Notes under the pieces: generated by a model
Told to the model about the DNA's origin: nothing
Databases searched by the model: none
The model's input: the letters and a program-made list of their open reading frames with translations, nothing else
Shown here: positions 1 to 12,165 of the stretch, in pieces
How the letters are laid out: each line of letters starts with the position of its first letter
How positions within the stretch are numbered: the first letter of the stretch is position 1
Origin: Octopus vulgaris
Lineage: Eukaryota
Assembly (NCBI GenBank): GCA_951406725.2
Contig: OX597816.1
Location: 82,274,001-82,338,000 of the forward strand
Direction of reading: 5' to 3'
DNA length: 64,000 nucleotides
Made by a program: the position numbers and the translations under genes

Positions 1-864
1 ACAGTGACAGGTCCAGCCATTCTACTTTATTGAGTGGTTTTCTATTTTGGATGGTTAATGGTTCACTTGCACTCAAAAAATTAAATTGTTGGCTTGTCAG
101 AAGCCCATGCTTCTCATCACCCAGAAAAGGATAAAACAATAGCAAAACGATTCTTGTTTATCTTCCATTACATTCATTTAGACATGCAGAACAATCCAAC
201 ACTATACTTACTAATACAGAGCAATGGGAATAAAAACGTTTATAAAACATTTAGTAAGTTGAAGGTATTGCAATAGGTTTAAGAGAAATATTTCTTTATT
301 AGTGTCAGGGATAATCATTGATGTATATGAAGGAGAGTAATGCAGTGCACCAAAGTGATAATATTTATTATTTGGAGTATGAAAAGTTAATTTTAAGTTT
401 AATTTTGTAGTTTCTGAGTCTGTAACAGGAAAAAATACAATTCTAATTTAAAAAATGAAAAGGTGTATGTTATTGTGTAACAAAATGAAGAATTTATTAA
501 TGTTTGAAGCAGCACCTTTATCAGACAAAGGAAGGTTTTAGTTGTACCTTGTCTTGTTTGATGAAGTGGCATGTCTAAAATGAGAATCTCTTTATTTCAT
601 ACACCACTTAAATTTCTTATTTGTGACTCATTAGCATACTAATTCTGATGACATTCCTTATTTTGAACAATTGCTTGCTTACCTTACTAAAAATAATGGC
701 AAAAATCTCTATCACACCCTACTGTCTCAAAAACAAAAGGACATATTTAATAATATAGTCTTACATTTGAGAAAAAAAAAGGTAGAATGCTTGTATTTCT
801 AACACTGCTAACCATAGGGTTGATCAGTGTCAATAACTATATACGCAAATAAATCTCTTCTATG

Positions 865-917
865 GTCCAACCCATGCTAGCATGGAGAACGGACGCTTAA
901 TGATGATGATGATGATG
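865..917 (+). mobile_element. Extreme 3' fragment of the RTE family
   Basis: gtccaacccatgctagcatgga...(gat)n identical in pattern to 23410-23465. Confidence 0.75.
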
Positions 918-1673
918 GACAGGTGCACTTTCTATTAACAGTATTCTTATTAAGAACTATTTATAAAAATGGTATACTGTCATTAAAACATTTGGCATTT
1001 ATTTATAAAATCTGTCTTAGCACCCATAATATTCAGTCTATCAGCCAGTTTATTTACAATATAAATATTAGTATAAAGTAGATTATGATGCACAATGAAG
1101 TTTAACTTAACATTTCAGGAATAAGAGGGGCAAATCCACAAATTCGAAAAAGCAACATGTTTTAAATTGAAAGAATCTTTTTTTTTCTTTTTGTTCGTAA
1201 GAGCTCAATCAAATCAGAGTTCAGTGTGAATAGGGACTACAAAAGGAGAGTAGAAAAACTCCAGAGTATTAAAGACAACATAAAGCCAAAAATGATAAGC
1301 AACAATATTAATTTTGCAAGTCATACTGAAAAACACAGACAGGGTCTAGCAGTTCAAAAATCAATACAACGATACAGTGCAAAGATTGGAAACAGAAGAA
1401 TTTGATAATCTCAATTTGGTTTTCTTTGGAGGGGGATAAAAAATTAAAGCAATTCATTAAATTCAGCATGTCTTTAAAATATTGTTTCTTTTTTCACTCA
1501 AAACTGTTGCTGTTATCAGGGTTGTTTTTTTATTTTTATTATTATTATTATTATTATTATTGATCCACAAAGGTCCAGGCAGGAGAGAGTTTGTTGACGC
1601 TGGGGTAGACACACAATATGTGAAGCTATTCAATTCTCCTCCGGGTTAAGCACAAAAAGCTTGAACATCTTAC

Positions 1674-1724
1674 CTCTTTTATGCTACACCTTTTAGGCCA
1701 GAATTTTAATAAAATTTTCACAAC
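1674..1724 (-). CDS. PPP2R5E: PP2A B56 subunit exon, 51 nt, duplicate copy B (putative mutually exclusive alternative)
   Basis: VVKILLKFWPKRCSIKE. Acceptor ttctttcag, donor gtaaga. Same length and phase as copy A; 38/51 nt and 13/17 aa identical. Confidence 0.85.
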
Positions 1725-1782
1725 CTGAAAGAAAAAGAAATTGATTTTTCTTTTTAGCAAATGAAATCATTGAAAACCTTAC

Positions 1783-1833
1783 CTCCTTTTGACTACATTG
1801 CTTAGGCCAGAATTTTAATAGTCCTTTCACAGC
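1783..1833 (-). CDS. PPP2R5E: PP2A B56 subunit exon, 51 nt, duplicate copy A (ancestral-like)
   Basis: AVKGLLKFWPKQCSQKE, compared with the B56 alpha/epsilon-type VIRGLLKFWPKTCSQKE. Acceptor ttctttttcag with a tctaat branch-like motif about 33 nt upstream, donor gtaagg, phase 0-0. Confidence 0.93.
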
Positions 1834-2414
1834 CTGAAAAAGAATAGCAAATTGAACTGCTTATTAGATTCGGTTAAAAGCTACTATTTCTGCAATTATA
1901 ATTGATGTATAAATGTTCAATTAAAAGGCATTTGTTTTTAAATACACACACATACACAGAAATCAATTTGAATTTTAGACAATATTTGCAATATCAATAC
2001 TATTCTGCTTTAGACTTGAACATCAAACATTTGATCCAGTTTTTCTTTTCATCTACACCATCACTATGGCCATCTGACACCACTTCCAAACTGCTGCAGT
2101 TTTAAATGATGATGAAACTAGTATATTGATCTCATTTCACAGTCACAATCTTATAGAGGCTGATGTTTCAAGTTTGGCTTATTAACAAGTTATAAAAATA
2201 TTGTCAAACTAATTAATTTAGGATTTCTTAAAATCTGCCATGTTATTTATCTTCAAAGGGAGATGTTTAAAGAATATTATTTAATATCTCTGTTTTGTTG
2301 ATTATCTCTGATATTCAACTGGCCTATTCTGTGCTATGGTTCTTAACCTAAATCAAAGATAACTACTAATAACATATCTTGGTTACCTTCTCTTATCAAA
2401 AGGAAGCTCTACAC

Positions 2415-2606
2415 TGCTACTCTATCTGCTAGAAATATTAGTGAAATCTCCCTCAAATTACACCCTATCACCTTAAAAAAAAAGCAAGATTGTATAGTTT
2501 TAAACACACTATGCCAGGAAAAAAATATGGTATGGTCATGATTGGAACATTTTTGATCCTAGTTTCTGCTTGAGCATGACTGGTTTGGGGCTAAACCAAA
2601 ATAACA
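2415..2606 (+). repeat. Old dispersed repeat; related copies at ~670-835, ~2765-2910 and inverted at ~32990-33125 and ~63650-63845
   Basis: Shared gctagaaata...aaatctccctcaaat.acacccta...ttaaaaa blocks; class unresolved. Confidence 0.5.
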
Positions 2607-5600
2607 TGATAAAACACAATTTTAATAAGGAATAATTAATGGAAGTTAATACCTAAAACTAAATTAAAAAGCAAAAAAAAACAAAACAAAAGTACATGAA
2701 TTCATGACAAAGACTATTTGTAGCTTACATAGAGGAAACAAACCAATGAGAGAATTTCTAAACAGTCACTTGATCATCTAAATACAGTAGCTAAATCTTC
2801 TAGGGAAATATCTCCATTTTCTTGAAAATAGGAACTACAAGCTTTTAAATTATAAATCTTGGACTAGGATTTCACAATACAGACACAGCTGTCATGAACA
2901 TAACAACAAATGGATAATTATTTAATCTGTTGTCACTGTGCTGAAAATGTATTGAAGCAGAGGTGAACAGCAGCTATTGAATAACAACCATCTATAAGTA
3001 TCTTACATCACAAAAATAAACACACTATAATAAATTTAGTTTACTTCTGTGCTGAAATTATATTTTATGAACATGAATTACTAATTGCATTTGACAAAAT
3101 GAACAGAGCCATAATAGTGCAAAGAAATAATTTTATCTAATTTATTCCTATAGACTAGAAACTGCATCTGATATTTCCCCATTGACCTAAATAATCTTCA
3201 GCATTCATATCTTTCTAGATATGAAAAATATTAAAAATCCAATGCTGAAAAACTTCAGTATTATACTCAACAAAAAACGAAAGAATAGGGTTGTTCATAG
3301 TGAAATCCAGACAGCATACATTTCTATTTATATAATTGTTGGATAATAACATTCAAACTGAATATATTTAGAGGCAATTGACCATAGCATAACAAGGAAG
3401 TCACGAATCCTCAAACTACCAGAAATAGTTTTTTTTTTTTTCTAAAGACTTATTTAAAAGAAGTCATTTTTGTTAAGAGCTTTCATAAAATTTAGAGTGC
3501 AAACTGAAATTCAGAACCTATCTTTTCTTGTTAAAACAACTTAACAGATATGTAGTTTAAAATAACTGCTAGAAGAAAGATACAATTTCTGATTATAACA
3601 ACTCATAAAATAGAACATATTAAAAAATGGTGACTACTTTAAAAGTCTATTAATTGAAAATATTTCTAAAACTTTGCAAATTTTTTTCAATACAGTAAAA
3701 GAAAACCCATCAAATGTTATGTTAAAACTAGCTCTCTGACAAAAGACAAATTCATAAGTAAACTTAAACAGTAAGGTCACTGTGACATTAATTATAAGAC
3801 CACATCAAGACACTGCTGAATAAAAAATATAGAAAAAGACTGTCAACAAGAAACACAGGTAACATTTTATAGCCATAGGAATCAGATTATCTTATCAACC
3901 CAAATTAAAATTTTTGGAGAAAATAAATGATATTCTTAGCTCCTCATGTTAAGAATGAATGTAGCAGTAAGAGGTTGCTCTGCTGGTGAGACTTGGTAAT
4001 TTTAAACTGAAGGTATACTGAACTAACACATAGAACATTATACAGACAAGTCATCTTAGTTAGTTGTAGCCATTATTAGCTTTTGAACAAGACAATACCA
4101 CTATACTAGACTGTTTAATTGAGAAAAGCAAGAGCATGATAGATAGGATGGAGGGCAAAGATAAAGCAAACAAGAACACCAGTAGACTGTGAGTATGAAT
4201 GTATTCTTCAAATAAAAGATGGCTATTTTGAAGAATCTGAAATAGATCATTTTGAGAAGTTGAACACATATCTTCCAATGTATTATTTCATAGATTAAAA
4301 ATATATCTTCCTAATCAGTTCAAAACTCTTGAAATATTTATTTTCAACAAGAGTTTAACAACTTGTAAGAAAAAGTATGGAAGAAGAAATTTAATGTCTA
4401 AAAATGCATGCAACTTTGAAAGATAAAGTGGATGCATTTGTAAATATTTCCATGCACACATTATCTTGATTCTTGTCACAAAAATGACAAATAAAACACA
4501 TTGACTTAAATTTTATCTAACCAAAATATTTAAACCAGTCTATCAGCCAATAGAAAGACTAACTCAACCATGTGGCTCAGACTGCCACTTATACAGCCTG
4601 ATTTGTTAATCAACCACTAAACCATTGTCAGCTTTTATATGTTTGGTACATCTGTGTAATTTTGTTGCCTGAGAGTGACAATAATGGAATTGGTAAGGTG
4701 CTAATCTTTTGGCTTCAGAGTAACCAGTTTATCATATCCCATCACTGCAGCTGTGTGAACCCTGCTAAAAATATATACAACTACTTCCCATCTAACAGTA
4801 GCAAAAGAAAAAGAACAAAGAAAACAACTCTGAAGTGGATACTACAACTGGAAAGTGAGTAGGTTGATGGTTTCCTGTAGTAGTCTCTAGAAAATGCAGA
4901 AAGAGAGAGAATTCCTTGAGGAAAAGAGAGCATTAAGAGACAAAAGTGTGGCTGGCAGGAGCTGCCTGGTACTGAGCTATTGCACTTTCCAAAAAAGTAA
5001 CTTAAGTTTCTAATTGTGAAATCTAATATCATGTTACTAATTAACCACCTGACTATGGAAAATATTTTAACACTGGATGAAATTCATCAGTCATGTTAAT
5101 TCTACTTGGAGTTTGAGACTATAAAATTAACTGATATAAATTTTGAATTTAATCTGAAACTTTGACACTTCTTGGCGATGTCTTATTCTGAATAATGTAC
5201 ATGTAAAAAAAAAAAAACAAATCTCTTAAGCCTCTTGGAGAAAATTTTTAGTATTGATTTATGTCATGAAATGGAGCAGACAAATTTTCTCTGGTTAGAA
5301 GACTAGTATATCATAGACAACATTTCCAGATGATCCGACACCTCTTCTTGAGAGTTAGGAAAACTAAGACAATGTAGAATAAAGAATTCTACCCAGAAAC
5401 AGTATGCTTGCAGCAGATTTGAACTCACAAACCCTGATTAGCATCCCCAACAATAAGTGTAACCGTTCTACAATGATATCTCACATCAGAGAAAATGTAA
5501 AAGATTTGTTCAGTTTTCTCCAAGTTTCTTACCTATATTGAGAGTTGGCTTTGATATTAAGCAAATTGAGTAGATGAAAAACTTTCTGAAAAGGTCCCCC

Positions 5601-5800
5601 CCCCCCACATACCCACACAAATATCTCAAAATCTAAAGGTCAAAAGTATTTGTCACTTAAGCCTTTTACAGAGACTATTTTACAGCCTAATTACAAGAAC
5701 ACATAAAGGAAACTAAGCTTTTGGAAACTGGAAGATCAAATACAAATTATATTTGATTAAAATTATCTATTTAAAAATTTGTCAAAGAGTTAGCTACTTT

Positions 5801-6168
5801 ATATTCTTTTATTTTACTTGTTTCAGTCATTAGACTGTGGCCATGCTGGAGTACCACCTTGAAGTTTTAGTTGAACAAATCGACCCCAGTACTTACTTTT
5901 TAAGCCTGGTACTTATTCTATCAGTTTCTTTTGCTGAACCACTTAGTTACAGAGACACACCAACACAAGTTGTCAAGCAGTGGTGAGGGGGCAAAGACAG
6001 ACGCGCATACATATACCATGTGCTTGTTTCAGTTTCCATCAACCAAATCTCCTCGCAAAGCTTTGGTTGGCCTGAGGCTATAGAAGACACTTTCCCAATG
6101 TTCCACACAGTGGGACTGAACCTAGAACCATGTGGTTGTGAAGCAAGCTTCTTACCACACAGCCACAT
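5801..6168 (-). mobile_element. tRNA-derived SINE (octopus OK-like), near full length
   Basis: Minus-strand A box TGGCTGTGTGG and B box GGTTCAGTCCC; tail ...ccagcatggccacagtctaatgactgaaacaagtaaaa. Homologous to copies at 56001-56384 and 18078-18393. Confidence 0.85.
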
Positions 6169-6732
6169 ACATTTTTTTAAAATTCTCTTTTTCTATGCTT
6201 GTACTCATGTTTTTCAATGCTAAGCCTTATTAAATGATTCTGCAAATTTGAAGCAATATTTGTAGCAACTAAGTGTTACTTCGGAGAGTAGGAGTGCCCA
6301 AGAGCTGATATGACAATTTTTATTGAGGTTAAGTAGATACTGAATCTTAGGTAGAATAGATTTGTCTTGTTTTCAAGTATAATGCAACATTTGTGATAAG
6401 CTAGTAAGCCTAATAACTGAATCACTCAATTGCTAGATCTTGGACAAATCAATGATGCAGGTTCTAAAGTTCAAGCACACACACGGCAGAAAGCAAGTGG
6501 TCAAAAGCAGTCAACATAAATAAGAATGGAATTACTATTCTTTTCTGGGTTATCAAAATTTTACTTCTTCCACCATTTTACATCCATATATGAATGTAAA
6601 ATGGTGGGAAATTTGTACAAATGATAAAGACCAGTTAATCATTAACAGATACCTAATGTTCCAGGCAAGCTTTCTTGAAACATGTAGAGCAACATGACAG
6701 CATAAGAAAGACAAATAAAATTATTGACTTAC

Positions 6733-6786
6733 TTCTTCAGTAAGAGAGGCATCTTTCTCCAAGAACTGTACAACGCAGTATGCCAG
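6733..6786 (-). CDS. PPP2R5E: PP2A B56 subunit internal exon, 54 nt
   Basis: LAYCVVQFLEKDASLTEE. Acceptor ttctttag, donor gtaagt, phase 0-0. Confidence 0.95.
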
Positions 6787-7559
6787 CTAAAGAACAAGAA
6801 AAAAAATTATAGCATTTTAAAATAAGAAAAAAAGACAATAGTAGACACTTTATGTATCCTTATCCAGAAAATAAACATTGTTTAGCACATAGAAAAGTAA
6901 ACTGTAGATGTGTGTTAGTGAGCATATATATATGTATGTAAATGTGCATATTTTCAAATATGAGTATGTAAGATTTAACAATTGGAATGTATGTGAATGC
7001 ATGCGCGTGTGTGCATTTATGCACATATACGCATATATATATATATATCTCTCCCAGCATACTGATACAAAACTATGAAAATATCCTGTGCAATGCAAAA
7101 TACAACCCTTCTGTTTTTAAAATTGACAAACAGTTTTACTCCATTATAAGGTATCAATTAAGATGGCTGTCTCTCATTTTCTTCACTCTAGACTATGGGT
7201 GTTTCTACTCGAAGTATTAAGAGTGTTAAATGCATTAAGGTAAAACTTTAATCTTTCTTCTGAGATCTATTTATCAATTCCCAAATGCTTTGCTGTGGCT
7301 CTCCAAATCACTTTTCTATGACATAGTGAAAACAGCCAGAGCATGGAGTTTCTATAAATGAATTAAAAGTCATACAGTATGGTTTTTAGACCTAACACTT
7401 AAATTTAAAGATGTTAGATATTTTTCACAATCCACTTTGTTATTTAAGGCTGTCACACCTAAGCTAATATTACTCAGAGTGAGGTGCACATCCATACTAG
7501 TGGGATGTGAATTACTCCAGGATGGGGCATAAATAACAAGTGAAAAACTTGCAATAAAG

Positions 7560-8750
7560 CTTTAATTAAAACTGTGTTGGAAGCAGATACAGATGAATGG
7601 TGAGTAGATGCAGCAACAGTGCATGCCCCCCATACCTGACCTGACAGTGCTTCCAGAAACCAATTTTGCAGAGGTGGGCAAAGAACTTCATATTGCTAAA
7701 CATTACAGTGCTTTCCCATCATCTCTGTGAGGTTCAGAATCCTGAGATCAGCCTTCACCACTTAATCCCATATCTTTCTGGGTCACCCTTTTCCACAGCT
7801 CCAACCACATTTAGCAACTGGCATTTCTTTATACAACTGTCTACATTCATATGGAATCACATGTCCATACCAGCAAAATCTTCCTCCTTGTAAACAACAA
7901 CTTAGTCTTCTTATGCCCAGTGTTTCTCTCAGTAGATTTACACTATCATTTATTTACACTTACATTGCACATGCAACAGAGAATGCTCATTTCATTTCTT
8001 TTCAGTCTTCTCAAGTATTCTGTGTTCAAGTGCCACCTCTCACTACCAAGCAGTATTACAGTTTTAACTCAAGGATCATACAATCTTCCCAGCACTCTGT
8101 AGGAAAGAACCTTCATTGTCAACAGTGGTTGTAGCTCCTTGAAATTTCTCAAACCCTTCCTTACTCTGCTTTTCATATTTTCAGAGCTGCCTACAGCTTT
8201 GCTAATTACATCTCCTAGGTAACAAGTTATCAACTATTAGTAAGCCATCGCAACACTCAAGAGAGTTTGTATCTGGTGTGTTCCTAGAGTGTACTGCTCC
8301 AGTGCATCTATCATGTGAAGCTTATGTTCTCTGTTTGACTGCCTTTGATTCCATTAAAGCTCTTGTGTACCCATACTTTACATTGGATACAGCATGTGGA
8401 GTTTATACCTATCCTTTTTCTGCATATTGAGTAAGGCCATTTCCCTGAAGATACTAAAGTCCGGTTTTCTTTCTTACTAACTAGAACCTTTGCTAAGTTT
8501 ACTTAAGACCCTTTGATTCTAGCTTCCATGCCTGGAATTTTCTCTCAAATTCTCCAATAGATTAAGCTAAGAGAGCTCGGTCATCAGCTTAAAGGAGTTC
8601 CAAAGGTCATCTAGTTTTAAACTCCTCTGTGATGCCCTGTAGCTATGTTGAATAGGAGAGAACTGAGGACTGAGCCATGATGAACTCATACCTTGACACT
8701 GAATTCATCAGTGAAATCATTTACTCACTACATCTTTGTACATAGCTTGC
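7560..8750 (-). mobile_element. Decayed RTE LINE RT region
   Basis: Homologous in patches to 24215-24800, 26330-27600 and 29930-30750 (GL.VNL.KT and GVH.GS.LSPLLF remnants). Confidence 0.55.
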
Positions 8751-9066
8751 CAAAAATTTGATTTTAATCTGGAGAAAGTCAAGTCCAATTTCCTAAATGA
8801 AATTTTGGTGTGGTTGTCTTTTAGAATATGATACTAAATTATAAATTTAATAATGACCAAAACCTAAGTCATTACAAATGTAAATTTTGAGATTTATCAA
8901 AGTTGTCACAACTAAAAAACATTAAAAGTTAATTGAGATTACATGACTAGAAAAGAAATCGGATTAATAATGAATTTCTCTGACTACAATCAAATTGAAA
9001 GATATTCCTTAAGAAGGATTAATAACAGTTCAATTGATGTAAAAAGATCTGTTTGAATTAACTTAC

Positions 9067-9175
9067 TTGTGCATGGTAAAGACTCAAGCTGCGAGCTTTA
9101 TGCAATGGGATAAGAACCCTGATTAAAAACAATTTGTGTTCTTGTTTCAATGGGAGGGCAAATCCATTAATGATG
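9067..9175 (-). CDS. PPP2R5E: PP2A B56 subunit internal exon, 109 nt
   Basis: (S)[36 protein letters not shown]. Long polypyrimidine tract plus cag acceptor, donor gtaagt. Confidence 0.95.
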
Positions 9176-9864
9176 CTGAAAAAGAAAAAAAAAAAGGTAA
9201 CTGAAGAAAATAACATACTTCAGAAGGTAACAATAAATAGAAAGAAAAGCATACAAAGATTTGTCTTCTGTCTGTAAAACAAGTCTAGTGACACAGTAGC
9301 TTCTCCATATGTAGCCATTCTGTAGCACATAGTAAATATTTTTAGCATCTCTTTCCTTAAAATGGAGAAAGTGACTTGATCTCTTGCTTAATGTGAGCAA
9401 TCAATACAATCATACGTCCATCTGAGAGGTGTGAAAAATGTGTCTAGGCTTTTATAACCATATTCAGAAATAGTTTATGTATCAGAACAGTCATGTTGCA
9501 CTTGGCTGTCCTCCATTAATGAATGTATGTGACAGTGTGTGAAACAAGGACATTTTTATCTGAGTCAATTTAATATAATTGGATTCTAATTTTCTTTCAA
9601 ATTGAAATGCAGTACTTTTGTAGTAGTTGTATGCATTTACAATAATAATAAACTAATTTGAATAATAAAGTATTAATTGGTCACATCTCTAGTTGACCAA
9701 ATATTATCTGAAACTAAATTGTTACTACATGTTATTTTGAAATTGCTTTTAATGCATAATGAATGACTAGCAAACTTAGCTGTTCAACTTGCATTTTCCA
9801 AATTCGAGCATATAACAACAATAATAATCTTTTTACTTCATTTACCATAAGAGTACATACACTC

Positions 9865-9911
9865 ATCATCATCATTTAACATCTGTATTCCATGCTAGCA
9901 TGGGTTGGACA
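9865..9911 (-). mobile_element. RTE 3' end fragment
   Basis: (cat)n...ccatgctagcatgggttggac, the reverse complement of the RTE tail. Confidence 0.72.
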
Positions 9912-11759
9912 CTTACAAAAAATAGTTGGGTTACAAGATCTATGGTTACATAAAAATGAGAGGTGGGACAAAAATGTTTCATAATGTCATCATCACTTTT
10001 ATATCTGTTTTTTTTTTTTATGCAGTTAAATAGGATTGCTTGAGGCAGTGTTTTGTGGCTAGATGCCCTTTCTGATGTCAATCTTGTTACAACATGCAGG
10101 ATATGATGGATCTATTCTAAAAACTGGAATATGTAGTATAATAAAGAATTTAGATAAAATATACAAATATGTAAGTAAATAAATAAATACAACTAAAACA
10201 CAAAACGCAACAAATCCACATACAGTTGAAAAGACACCACCTGGGCTGGATCAGAGCATTCTGTGACAGCAACTCCCTTTCAGCCTAAAACTATCAAAAG
10301 CATTCAAGAACATTTTCCAAATTGGACTAAGCTTGAATCCTGTCATGCCTTCAAGGTAGTTCACTTAATAAAGTGCTTAGTTTGGCCAGCAGTTTTTATT
10401 TTAATATTCCACAAAATCTAACCCCATCTTCTCAATCAATATCACACCTCTTCATCCTCTTTCATGTTTAGACGGTGCATCAGCTCTTCATTGGTAATTC
10501 AAAGAATTGTGACTCTTTTGAAGAGGGGTCTACTTCCCAAAGGAAGGTAGGTCTCTCTTCTTACATGACATTATTTTGCAAAGATTGAGACGAACCAAGA
10601 GCCAACATCCAAACTAACATGCTGTGGCACACAAGTCTGTGAGCACCAGCTCTACCTATTGCTTCATCATTGGATTTAAGGACCTGGTACACATTTTCTT
10701 ATGACCTGGTACACATTTTCTTCCCAGAAAATGAAGCAAACATTATGCCATATGATAATCAGGGCCTCCTGTAACAGTTGCTTTGAGAACATATGGAAGT
10801 TTGCTTTTCTATCTTTTATTTTACGCTTGGATGGTAGTAGAGGTGCAATCTAGGGCTAGATAAATGGGTGAAAAGTGGTTAAAAAAAAGGATGCTTTTAT
10901 TTGGAGTGAAAGTGCAGACTTTCAATAGCTTGGGCTCACTGACAGACAGAATTAAGTAACAATGGAAAGTGGACACGTTTTAAGAACAAATAGCACATTT
11001 CACTGGATTCATAAAGAAAACCCACATCTTTACAACTAGACATTAAGGTTAAAGATGATGTGAGGATGGTGTGTCAGTTGTGAGTAGAATGAGAGGAAGA
11101 AAATATAAAGCAAATGTGTGAGTCAGGTTTATAATATCAGAGATGGTAAAGGAGAATTCCAAACATGGGCAAAGAAATGTCAATGAAAGAAAGGAAAGTA
11201 CTAAGCTCATTGCTACAGAATGCCAATGTAATATGGCTGTACAATTCTGGAGTAGGTCCAATGAAATAAGTAAAGATTTGAGCCTCAAGATAGCTTATAG
11301 AAGCTGGTGCGACAAGGACCCATCTCTGTATCTCTGATCATATTGGTAATTTGTAGATGGGACTCACTGAAGAAGAAATAGTTGAAGGTAAGGGTAAGAC
11401 AAGATAGAGAAGGGCAGCAGTGCTAAGAGCTGGTAATGAAATGTTGACAATATACAAGGTTTTAATATCTATAGCAAATAGGAATTGTGAGGAGGAAAGA
11501 AAAGGAGTTGAAAAAGCTAAAGGTCAGTATACTTGATATGTGAAGTAACATGTAGGGACATGAGTTTATCAATGTAGCTTGCAAAGTAAGTTCAGTGAAA
11601 CACCTATCAGTAGAGACAAATGGATGTCCAGGATTGTTGGATTTGTACAACTTAAAAAGAAAATAGAAGGGGTGGGGTGCAGAAAAGTAGAAGCGGGTAG
11701 GAGGCAGAGCAGAAAAAGATGAATTCTTTAATAGTATGGAATAAGAGTTTTTAGTCCTT

Positions 11760-12165
11760 GAGTGTGTGGTCCTTGGGTAACGAAAGAGTTAAGAAGTTTG
11801 CTTCACACCCACTATTTTGGGTTTGATTCCACTGCATGATATCTTAGGCAAGTGTCTTGTATTATTGCCTTAACCAGACAAGTGCTTGCCAGTGAAATTT
11901 GGTAGATGTAAACTAGAGAAAAGAAGTTTGTCACGTGTGTATGCATGTCTTCAAACTGATACAGCTTGAGCAACATTTATGTTCCCTAAACAATATATCC
12001 TGCAGCTCAAAAAACCCAAAAAACTATGGAATTAAGTACCTTACTTAAAAACAACGGTTGATGACATGAAGGGCATTTGCTATAAAAATATAGTCTTGAT
12101 AAATGTCGTTCAACCCCTGCCAGCATGAAAAAGGTAGATGTAAAAACAATGATGATGAGGAGGAG
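11760..12165 (+). mobile_element. Degenerate tRNA-headed SINE with RTE-type tail
   Basis: Head homologous to the OK-like SINEs; ends caacccctgccagcatgaaaaag...gatgatg like the RTE 3' end at 23410-23465. Confidence 0.6.

Noticed and set aside
495-532. Minus-strand CTGATAA...CAAAC hammerhead-like string
   Set aside because: Two core mismatches and a weak stem II; not supportable
1-1673. Next B56 exon (VMFL.E.EEILD...) or a third copy of the duplicated exon
   Set aside because: Not found by eye; it presumably lies beyond the left edge, and further copies outside the window cannot be excluded
10681-10722. 22-bp tandem duplication gacctggtacacattttctt
   Set aside because: Local duplication within decayed LINE-like sequence
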